This document shows positions 53,601 through 64,000 of a stretch of 64,000 nt of DNA, piece by piece (within the stretch, counting starts at the first letter, position 1; every line of letters begins with the position of its first letter). The notes below the pieces were generated by a model. It did no database searches and was not told the DNA's origin. It worked only from the letters and a program-made list of their open reading frames with translations. Source of the DNA: Eledone cirrhosa (lineage: Eukaryota); NCBI GenBank assembly GCA_964016885.1, contig OZ024740.1, forward strand, positions 164,238,001-164,302,000. Direction: 5' to 3'. Both the position numbers and the translations under genes were made by a program.

Positions 53601-56600
53601 CTGTTGTTGCTGTTGTTGCTGTTGTTGTCACTGTTGTTGTTGTTGTTGCTGTTGTTGCTGTTGTTGTTGCTGTTGTTGCTGTTGTTGCTGTTGTTGTTGC
53701 TGTTGTTGCTGTTGTTGCTGTTGTTGCTGTTGTTGTCACTATTATTCCTGTTATTGCTGCGGTTGCTGGTGTTGCTGTTGTTGTCACGGCTATTGCTGTT
53801 GTTGCTGTTGTTGCTGTTGTTGTCACTGCTATTGCTGTTGTTGCTGTTGTTGCTGTTGTTGCTGTCGCTGTCACTGTTGTTGCTGTTGTTGCTGCTGTTG
53901 CTGTTGTTGCTGTTGTTGTCACTGTTGTTGCTGTTGTTGCTGTTGTTGCTGTTGTTGTCACTGTTATTGCTGTTGTTGCTGTTGTTACTGTTGTCACTAT
54001 TATTGCTGTTATTGCTGCGGTTGCTCTTGTTGCTGTTGTTGTCACTGCTATTGCTGTTGTTGCTGTTGTTGTAACTGTTGTTGCTGTTGTTGCTGTTGTT
54101 GCTGTTTTTGCTGTTGTTGCTGTCGTTGCTGTTGTTGTCACTGTTGTTGCTGTTGTTGCTGTTGTTGTCACTGTTGTTGCTGTTGTTGCTGTGTTGCTGT
54201 TGTTGCTGTTGTTGTCACTGTTGTTGCTGTTGTTGCTGTTGTTGCTGTTGTTGCTGTTGTTGTCACTGTTATTGCTGTTGTTGCTGTTGTCGTAACTGTT
54301 GTTGCTGTTGTTGCTCTTGTTGCTGTTGATTGCTGTTGTTGCTGTCGTTGCTGTTGTTGTCACTGTTGTTGCTGTTGTTGCTGTTGTTGCTGTTGTTGCT
54401 GTTGTTGCTGTTTTTGTCACTGTTATTACTGTTGTTGCTGTTGTTGCTGTTGTTGCTGTTGTGCTGTTGTTGCTGTTGTTGCTGTTGTTGCTGTTGTTGC
54501 TGTTGTTGTCACTGTTGTTGCTGTTGTTGCTGTTGTTGCTGTTGTTGCTGTTGTTGCTGTTGTCACTGTTGTCACTTTTATTGCTGTGGTTGCTGTTGTT
54601 GCTGTTGTTGTTACTGTTGTTGCTGTTGTTGCTGTTGTTGCTGTTGTTGCTGTTTTTGCTGTTGTTGTCACTGTTGTTGCTGTTGTTGCTGTTGTTGCTG
54701 TTGTTGCTGTTGTTGCTGTTGTTGTCACTGTTGTTGCTGTTGTCACTGTTGTCACTGTTATTGCTGTGGTTGCTGTTATTGCTGTTGTTGCTGTTGTTGT
54801 CACTGTTGTCACTGTTATTGCTGTGGTTGCTGTTATTGCTGTTGTTGCTGTTGTCACTGTTGTTGCTGTTGTTGTTACTGTTGTTGCTGTTGTTGCTGTT
54901 GTGCTGTTGCTGCTGTTGTTGCTGTTGTTGCTGTTGCTGCTGTTGTTGCTGTTGTTGCTGTTGTTGTCACTGTTGTTGCTGTTGTTGCTGTTGTTGTTGG
55001 TGCTATTAGTGTTATTGCTGTTATTGCTGTTGTTGCTGTTGTTGTCACTGTTGTTGCTGTTATTGCTGTTGTTGCTGATGTTGCTGTTGTTGTCACTGTT
55101 ATTGCTGTTGTTGCTGTTGTTGTCACTGTTGTTGCTGTTGTTGCTGTTGTTGCTGTTGTCACTATTATTGCTGTTATTGCTGCGGTTGCTGTTGTTGCTG
55201 TTGTTGTCACTGCTATTGCTGTTGTTGCTGTTGTTGTAACTGTTGTTGCTGTTGTTGCTGTTGTTGCTGTTTTTGCTGTTGTTGCTGTCGTTGCTGTTGT
55301 TGTCACTGTTGTTGCTGTTGTTGTCACTGTTGTTGCTGTTGTTGCTATTGTTGCTGTTGTGCTGTTGTTGTCACTGTTGTTGCTGTTGTTGCTGTTGTTG
55401 CTGTTGTTGCTGTTGTTGCTATTGTTGCTGTTGTGCTGTTGTTGTCACTGTTGTTGCTGTTGTTGCTGTTGTTGCTGTTGTTGTCACTGTTATTGCTGTT
55501 GTTGCTGTTGTTGCTGTTGTTACTGTTGTTGCTGTCGTTGCTGTATTTGTCACTGTTGTTGCTGTTGTTGCTGTTGTTGCTGTTGTTGCTGTTTTTGCTG
55601 TTGTTGTCACTGTTGTTGCTGTTGCTGCTGTTGTTGCTGTTGTTGCTGTTGTTGCTGTTGTTGCTGTTGTTGCTGTCGTTGTCACTGCTATTGCTGTTGT
55701 TGCTGTTGTTGCTGTTGTTGCTGTTGTTGCTATTGTGCTGTTGTTGCTGTTGTTGTCACTGTCGTTGCTGTTGTTGCTGTTGTTGCTGTTGTTGCTGTTG
55801 TTGCTGTTGTTGTCACTGTTATTGCTGTTATTGCTGTTGTTGCTGTTGTTGCTGTTGCTGCTGTTGTTGCTGTTGTTGCTGTTGTTGTCACTGTTGTTGC
55901 TGTTGTTGCTGTTGTTGTTGGTGCTATTAGTGTTATTGCTGTTGTTGCTGTTGTTGTCACTGTTGTTGCTGTTATTGCTGTTGTTGCTGTTGTTGCTGTT
56001 GTTGCTGTTGTTGTCACTGTTATTGCTGTTGTTGCTGTTGTTGTCACTGTTGTTGCTGTTGTTGCTGTTGTTGCTGAGCTGTCACTGTTATTGCTGTTGT
56101 TGCTGTTGTTGTCACTATTATTGCTGTTATTGCTGCGGTTGCTGTTGTTGCTGTTGTTGCTGTTGTTGCTCTTGTTGCTGTTGTTGCTGTTGTTGCTGGT
56201 GCTGTCACTGTTATTGCTGTTGTTGCTGTTGTTGCTGTTGTTGCTGTTGTTGCTGATGCTGTCACTGTTATTGCTGTTGTTGCTGTTATTGCTGTGGTTG
56301 CTGTTGTTGCTTTTGCTGTCACTGTTATTGCTGTTATTGCTGTGGTTGCTGTTGTTGCTGTTATTGCTGTGGTTGCTGTTTTTGCTGTTGTTGCTGTTGT
56401 TGCTGTTGTTGTTGTTTTTGCTGATGCTGTCACTGTTATTGCTGTTGCTGTTATTGCTGTTGCTGTTGTAGCTGTTGCTGTCACTGCTATTGCTGTTGTT
56501 GTTGTTGCTGATGCTGTCACTCTTATTGCTGTTGCTGTTGTTGCTGATGCTGTCACTGCTATTGCTGTTGTTGTTGTTGCTGTTGCTGTCACTGCTATTG

Positions 56601-57795
56601 CTGTTGTTGTTTTTGCTGATGCTGTCACTGCTATTGCTGTTGTTGTTGTTGCTAATGCTGTCACTGTTATTGCTGTTGTTGCTGAATCTGATGCTGTCAC
56701 TGTTACTGCTGGTGTTGTTGTTGCTGATGCTGTCACTGTTATTGCTGTTGCTGTTGTTGCTGATGCTGTCACTGCTATTGCTGTTGTTGTTGTTGCTGTT
56801 GCTGTCACTGCTATTGCTGTTGTTGTTTTTGCTGATGCTGTCACTGCTATTGCTGTTGTTGTTGTTGCTGATGATGTCACTGTTATTGCTGTTGCTGTTG
56901 TTGCTGATGCTGTCACTGCTATTGCTGTTGATGTTGTTGCTGTTGCTGTCACTGCTATTGCTGTTGTTGTTTTTGCTGATGCTGTCACTGCTATTGCTGT
57001 TGTTGTTGTTGCTGATGCTGTCACTGTTATTGCTGTTGCTGTTGTTGCTGTTGCTGTCACTGTTATTGCTGTTGTTGTTGTTGCTGATGCTGTCACTGTT
57101 ATTGCTGTTGCTGTTGTTGCTGTTGCTGTCACTGTTATTGCTGTTGTTGTTGTTGCTGATGCTGTCACTGTTATTGCTGCTGCTGTTGTTGCTGTTGCTG
57201 TTGTTGCTGATGCTGATGCTGTCACTGTTACTGCTGTTGTTGTTGTTGCTGATGCTGTCACTGTTATTCCTGTTGTTGTTTTTGCTGATGCTGTAACTGT
57301 TATTGCTGTTGCTGTTGTTGCTGTTGTTGTTGTTGCTGATGCTGTCACTGTTATTGCTGCTGCTGTTGTTGCTGTTGCTGTTGTTGCTGATGCTGATGCT
57401 GTCACTGTTATTGCTGTTGTTGTTTTTGCTGATGCTGTCACTGTTATTGCTGTTGTTGTTTTTGCTGATGCTGTCACTGTTATTGCTGTTGCTGTTGTTG
57501 CTGTTGTTGTTTTTGCTGATGCTGTCACTGTTATTGCTGTTGTTGTTTTTGCTGATGCTGTCACTGTTATTGCTGTTGCTGTTGTTGCTGTTGTTGTTTT
57601 TGCTGATGCTGTCACTGTTATTGCTGTTGTTGTTTTTGCTGATGCTGTCACTGTTATTGTATTGCTGTTGTTGTTGTTGCTGTTGTTTTTGCTGATGCTG
57701 TCACTGCTATTGCTGTTGTTTTTGCTGATGCTGTCACTGTTATTGTTGTGTCCACCATTATTTATGTTGTTGCTGCTGCTACTGCTGTTGTGTTA
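44681..57795 (-). repeat. 13-kb satellite of 9-nt unit ACAGCAACA (TGTTGCTGT on +) with higher-order duplications
   Basis: Unit seen directly; diagnostic variants recur at offsets of ~1808 and 3924-3942 bp; switches to a ~36-bp unit after ~56410. Confidence 0.97.
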
Positions 57796-57829
57796 TTAAA
57801 TATTTTTACGAATGTGTTTTCACTTCAAA

Positions 57830-60150
57830 ACCCCCATGTGTTCTTAAACATCGATCCTGGTCCGGAGAAAATGGGGAAGTTTTGCTCTGGAGGACGATGA
57901 GGGAGATGTGTTGGAATGGGCATTTCAACACACGGCCACACTTTTGCGACTGTTCACTTCCACCCCGATAGTAATGAATAAGGAGGTGGCCAAGAATGTT
58001 GGACGTCACCACTGCTACAGGTTCGACGACAATCCTATAGAAGAGCGACCGATAATTCAACAGCTTGCGATCTTTGGATTGTCGGGCTGCGAAGCCTGGG
58101 TTCCTCATCGAATGCACCAGGTTGCTGCATGTTGCATACCAAATGAGGGAATTATCACCGCGGAACGGGATAACCATGAAGCTGCCTTGTATGCTGCCAT
58201 CCTCTCTGTCAAACCCTATCGATTAGAACTGCGACGGGAAGCCTACAGCGTTGAAAGAAGCTTAGTATAGGAACTGATCGTCACTGTACCGTTATGATAA
58301 TGGATGAAGTCCGAAAGGGACCATTGAGGATCCACAGCAGTATTTGTATGGCTTACATAACCGGAGTGCGAGCCTCAGAGAAACACAGATATGCAGACAG
58401 TCATTGTCCAGTTGAAAGAGGTTAAATTACGGTGAAATGGAGGGAAAGAGGGAGTAAGAGTGGAAAGGGAAGGAAGGAGGAAACGGACGGGAAATTTGGG
58501 TAAATTGACATACGGAAAGGAAAAGCAGGGGTTTGAAAAGGATAAAGAGGGCAAACGCGACTAAAAGAGGCAAAACGATGGTGATAGATAAGGAAAGAGA
58601 GGAACATTAGGGAGAAATGGAGGAAAGACAAGGAAGGGACGAAAACGACGAGAGTTGATTAAAGAAATATAAGAAAGCGAATAGAGGAATAAAGATAGGA
58701 TAAACAAGCCAAGCGACGGTGAAAGAGAGAGAAACCGAGGGAAAAGGTTGCTGTGGGGTTGAGAAGTGAAGTGAAAACATAACAGACGGCGTTGGTCAAA
58801 CAAGTGTACTAGCCTGTCTGAGGTCATGTCATACTGGATGGCGCCCATTTGATTTGTGGAGGAGGGGCTGGACTTCGACAGAGAAGAAAGAAGGCTTGAC
58901 ATCCGCAGAGCCGGGGCCGAACTGGTTTCAAATCTCGTAGACCACATCGTGTATACCGATCACAGTAGTTTCTGCTGTGTTGTGGAGACCCTTGTTGCTG
59001 TGAACACGATAGGAGGTCACTGACGAAAGAAATTCCGGCAAATCCAGTGAGATTGAGAGATATGAAACCGATGCCGCCGAAACTGACGCGTCAGGCGACA
59101 TATTGCCTTCTGGTGTATTCAAACTAGACGTTGTATATCTCTGCAGCACCATATCGAATACAGTTGTCGAGATCCATGTAGAGAGAGAGCAGGGAGCACA
59201 GCTGAAGGTATATAAAGGTTTGGCATGGAAAAGCAGTTCCTCAGCAGAAAGAGAGACGGGTGGGAGTCAATCAGGTTCAGTATGCTTGTAAGAGTTTCGA
59301 ACTATCGAAGCCTGGACTTGGGGAACGAACGGATAGCAAGCAGGTGGATCGGTGAACCGAGGATAAGAACACCTTCCTTCGGGGTTACCAGTACCTGGTA
59401 AAGCCCTCTTAGTTGTAATTAACGTAAATGACTCGACACCCGACTTAGACGAGTTTTTCTCAAGGCCCATCCTCACCAGAACAGAAACTGCAGATCGGTA
59501 TTCGTGACTGATAGTCTCGAAGGGCCGGCCTATTATTGCATCATTCAGCTATTAAACCTTAAATGGAGCCGTGATTCTTCGAGCAACGTTGTGTACTTGA
59601 GAGAAAAGAGGAGGCGGACCAACAGAGGCCCCTGTTGAACACCGTTGGAAGATGACCTTATCTGCTGTGAGAAGGAAGCTTCGAGACCCGTATGATATAT
59701 AGACCAATGGGTAAGATGGGCCACGGTTGCGGAAGCCTTAAGCAAGTGGCCATGACACAGATAGCTGAAGGCATTTCTGATGTCAAGCTCAACAATAAGA
59801 CGCTTCGAATCCTTCGATGCCGGTTCGGGTGGGTAATCCTTAGGAGCTGGCAGTGATGTGAGCAACCCCATAACACCCGCCAGACGCGCTGACCGCTAGC
59901 TGCACCAAAGTTAGTTCCCCATCCTGTTCAGAAGTGAAGTATCTGCATATGACCTCGATAGCAAAAAACTCCTGCAGACTATGCTTAGAACGATGTACGC
60001 CGCCGTCTTTTTTCCTAAGAGCGATCAGGCTGGTCGGAAAGAAAAGGCCTCGGTAATAAGCAATCATGGCACCAAGTATCAACCTGTAAAAGCGTACCAC
60101 AATCGTACTCAGTAGGCGGCATCCGGCTTCGGTAGTGCAAGGAGACAAAA
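57830..60150 (-). mobile_element. Decayed CRE-like non-LTR retrotransposon (RT through restriction-like endonuclease)
   Basis: Collinear on minus: LIALRKKDGGV, QLAVSASGGC, ELDIRNAF, GVQQGPLL..LFSL, MGLEKNSSK, then PFRGDN, LIWYATC, EPVAVVTSNILG; interrupted by a purine-rich tract at ~58420-58770. Confidence 0.8.
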
Positions 60151-60305
60151 AAACGTAATGTATTGAATAAGTGGAATAAGTGGTAACAAAGAATTGGAGT
60201 AAAGAATTATGGAAAGCTTAGGTCTTCTGCTGGTATTTAGTATTACAATTAAGTCACTGTTTCATGTTTTGAGTAATTTCATCTTACCGCATATATATAT
60301 ATGTA

Positions 60306-60668
60306 TACAATTTTCCCCCGATATTCGCGGGGTGACGTTCCTAGAACACCAGCGAAAAGGGAAAAAACCCGCGAATATTGGACGTGATCTATAGAAATGT
60401 CTATAAACGTTAAACCATAACGTAAAATATAATAAAAAGAGAGGGAGCGTCTTATGCAAAGGGGCATCCAATAGACCGGCAAATACGGAATATTGTCATT
60501 AATAACTTAGCGTTAAAAATATATATATTACCACAAAAAAAGCCATTTAAAAAATCGTGGAAGATATTTACGATTCCACGAATATGAGGTGGTTTCCGCG
60601 AACAATTATTAGTTAATTCTAAGGAATTTTCCGCGAATTACCGATACCGCGAAAACCGGGGCTACACT
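60306..60668. mobile_element. Possible pogo/Tigger-like MITE
   Basis: Imperfect terminal inverted repeats CCCCCGATATTCGCGG / CCGCGAAAACCGGGG and internal CCGCGAA repeats. Confidence 0.5.
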
Positions 60669-61220
60669 CACATATATATATATGTATGTGTGTGTGTGTG
60701 TATAAATATGCATATACGAGTGTATATATGTATGTGTAAAGGAAAATCAATAATAATTTTTACCACAAGCCATATACCGAAGCCATCTGATTTAATATGA
60801 CAGGAAGATTGAAAAGAAAAGTTTGCATTTTTCTGTATAGAAACAAAGTTTGTATATTTTAGGAGCATGAATATCTTATATTCATGCCTTTCTCAAGGGC
60901 AACAGTGGCACATGAAAATTGAACTCGCGGTCAAGTACAAATTGGAAGTGTGTTTCGGTCACGATTCGCCAAGAGCTTATTTCTCAGTGGAATGAAATTT
61001 TCTAAAATACTTTCGAATTCATAACTCGTTTCCGATTGCCATACTAACTTATTACTTTGCCTTCGAGTGTATGTTAAAGGTATTATTATTATTTTATGTG
61101 TTTATTTGCTATATTTCAGCTTTTAGTTGCAAAATAGAAATATCTGATCAAGACAATTTAAGGTTTTATGTAAATTAAACACACACACGAAAAAATACAC
61201 ATACACTTTACATATATGAA

Positions 61221-61252
<32 letters not shown>

Positions 61253-61289
61253 ATTAATCCACTTTAAAAAAGAGTATGCACTGGCACAC

Positions 61290-61960
61290 ATATTCCCTTC
61301 ACTCAGGTGAAACCCTCGTAGCATTCAACAACATCAGAGACTTGGGAGTAATTGTTTATAACAACATAAGCTCGGCCATTGGTATAAACAACGAAGTTGA
61401 CATGGCCCGCAGCATTTCTTCCTGGATTCTCAGAACTTTCCAGTCGAGATATCCACACCTTTATCCTTCTCTTCTCTACGTTTGCCCAACCCCACCTTAA
61501 ATACTGTTGTCCACTGTGGTCTCCCCACACGAAACAAAATACTATGAAAAGTGAAGCACCTCAAAGGTCAATCACAAAAAGGATAGACGGCATGACAAGC
61601 CTTGACTATTGGGGTCGACTAGAAAAGCTCAAACCTTACTCTCTCCAACGCCGCCGTGAGCGCTACATTATCTGCATGATGAGGAAAACATTCCATCAGT
61701 ATTGCCCAAATGATGCTGGCATCATCTTTAAAGTACACCTAAGTCTTGGGCCCCGTGTTATCCGCCCACAACAAAATTCAAACTCACATCTCATAGCAAC
61801 ATTACGACACAACTATTTCATCTCAACTGGTCTCGCTCTCTTTAACATTACCAAACCATAATAACAGAAACATAAAATTCAAAACGTTTTTCAATAAATT
61901 CCTAAACAAAATCCTGTATAAAACTCCTACACCCAGATATGTCTCTGTAAACAGAGTGGG
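61290..61960 (+). mobile_element. CR1-type LINE RT C-terminal fragment
   Basis: RDLGVIV...WILRTFQSR (frameshift) PHLKYCCPLWSP...QRSITKRIDGM..LDYWGRLEKLK.YSLQRRRERY. Confidence 0.85.
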
Positions 61961-62162
61961 CCATCCTGATTTAAAAGACATCGCCAGGTGGTACTATTAG
62001 GTTAGACATGGTCACGACTAATACAGGCAAAAACCTATCAAAGTTATGTATATATATATATATATATATTCACACATACATACGCGCGTGTGTATTGGTG
62101 TCTAGGTGTTTATAAGCATTTCGATAAAAATAAAGGTCAGCTGTTTAATTGTTTGTAAGCAT

Positions 62163-62247
<85 letters not shown>

Positions 62248-63186
62248 TTATATATACCCCCCCCCCATATATATATAACTAAACACACAATGAGCCTCAT
62301 GAAAATATACAGTAAAACACTAGAAATATCGTTTATACACCTCTTTGATTTTAGAGTTTGTACGGAAATATCATTAATGTTATGATTGTGAATCTGTGAA
62401 ATTTTGTGTTTATATTTTTGTAGATATTTTTTACTTTGCAACTTCAAAATCAGAATAGCAAAGGCGGAAGTGTGGAACATTCTGTACCCGTCATAGCTCC
62501 GTTTCAGGACACCCTGTGTTATACGCAGAACACTCGTGGAGACAACTTCCGACAAGATATTTCATGTTTCTATTTTTATTTCTTCGTGTTTGTTTTTTTG
62601 CCATGCCACTAAAAAACAAAAACAAACATACAAAAACAGCAACAACAACAAAAACATATTTTATATCTGAACTTCCGACATTTTCTATCGGAAGTTCAGG
62701 TACTTAGAATGATAAAAATAACAAAAGGAAAGAAAAAAGAATAACTATTCTAAACTAAATACATAAAAGTAAACGAAATTCAGCATCAAACAAATATTGG
62801 TTGCTATATTCACCTATTTCCGGTCGCCATAAAAACGATACGAATACCTGATGTCGGAAGCATAGTTTATAGAGTAAAGATAAACTCCTGGTGAGATGGG
62901 TACAGAACCTTTGTTCCATTACTATTTGCTGCCATTTTTTCTTTCGATTTCAGGAGCATTTTCCCATCTTTTATAATTTTTGCTATTGTTTTACTGGGAT
63001 CAGACCTTGGACCGCAGCCATACAAGAGAAGTACCTTGAAGTTGATTTCGGGCAATTATAGTGACCCCCGTAATTTGTATAACATTTATTTTATCAACAT
63101 TGGAGGAGGAAATTTTCAAGATGGATCAAACACTACAATGGATATTTGCTAGATGCACCTATTTAAACCAAAACACATTGAAGTAC

Positions 63187-63234
<48 letters not shown>

Positions 63235-63322
63235 GATTACAAAGACAGAGTTCTATTTTTTCATATAACTATGTCAATAAATTTTAGTCATGCGCTTTTG
63301 TGGATATATCTGACAAACACTC

Positions 63323-63353
<31 letters not shown>

Positions 63354-63398
63354 GTGACGAAACATAAGTCAATTGCATGAACTCATAATCCTTTATTT

Positions 63399-63454
63399 AC
63401 TGCTATATATATTTCGATGATACCCATTGAATGGCTATGACCTCATCAGGCAGT
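63399..63454 (-). ncRNA. Minimal type-I hammerhead ribozyme motif
   Basis: Minus strand: ACTGC CTGATGA GGTCATA GCCATTCAATGGG TATCATC GAAA TATATA TA GCAGT; perfect stem I, palindromic stem III. Confidence 0.85.
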
Positions 63455-63513
63455 TAGTCAGTTCTTAGATATGCCAGCTCTGTGTGTATAGTGTTGATGG
63501 TATCAGATCCTTG

Positions 63514-63582
<69 letters not shown>

Positions 63583-63730
63583 TTTCTCCCGGGTTCAATC
63601 GGGGGTAACCACAGTAAGTAAAGTACTCAATACAAAGCAGAGCATAAATATTTAATATAGAAAAGGTTTCTACAGGACTAGAACTGTTTGATTTCTCCCG
63701 AATGAAACAGTTCTAGTCCTGTAGAAGCCT
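63583..63730. mobile_element. Fold-back copy of the 6227/15245 repeat family
   Basis: TTCTACAGGACTAGAACTGTTT gatttctcccgaatg AAACAGTTCTAGTCCTGTAGAA. Confidence 0.8.
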
Positions 63731-63773
63731 ACATACATACATACAAACAACCATATATCCATACCTATATACA

Positions 63774-63813
<40 letters not shown>

Positions 63814-64000
63814 TTGGTGCTCTGAAATAGCGATATATATATGAATGTATATACAGTGTATTTTGCAATACACTGTATGCTTAATTCAAAGCATTTTGAA
63901 CACCTTACGCTATTGTTTTAAAGTAGTGACAATGTCACTTACTATAATTTTCAGAAAACAGGGGATATAAGCTGACAGAGCTCTGTTTCGTACTTGTTGG

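Noticed and set aside
36425-57795. CRISPR array or telomeric repeat
   Set aside because: No constant repeat with unique spacers, no cas genes and no TTAGGG tracts; the context is eukaryotic satellite DNA
44681-57799. Plus-strand poly-V/A, poly-L and poly-C ORFs as proteins
   Set aside because: These are alternative frames of the TGTTGCTGT satellite and are stop-free by composition

Overview
AT-rich, microsatellite-dense eukaryotic DNA. The repeat content (tRNA-derived SINEs with a GCCTTTCATCCTTACGGGGTCGATAAAATAAAGTACC core, dense (TA)n/(CA)n/(GA)n) suggests an invertebrate, probably an octopus; this is an inference. No host protein-coding gene can be supported, and nearly all long ORFs in the track are by-products of repeats. 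Content: (1) a near-complete Penelope-like retroelement (RT plus GIY-YIG, 31954-34082) with a TAG at the catalytic Y of YRDD, one frameshift, and ~355-bp inverted pseudo-LTRs; (2) a high density of type-I hammerhead-ribozyme motifs read by eye from several unrelated repeat families, including a ~430-530-bp tandem, retrozyme-like non-coding unit (3005-5099, 30472-31133); three families share a non-canonical U-U pair at the base of stem II and one has a CAGAAGA core; (3) two large trinucleotide-derived arrays on opposite strands with Thr-rich coding potential (36425-41680 on +; 44681-57795 on -, a 9-nt ACAGCAACA unit with ~1.8-kb and ~3.9-kb higher-order duplications); (4) a ~400-bp near-perfect palindrome; (5) decayed CRE-like, R4-like, RTE, CR1 and Helitron fragments and many SINEs, including an inverted SINE cluster. 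All assignments are by manual motif reading; no searches were run.
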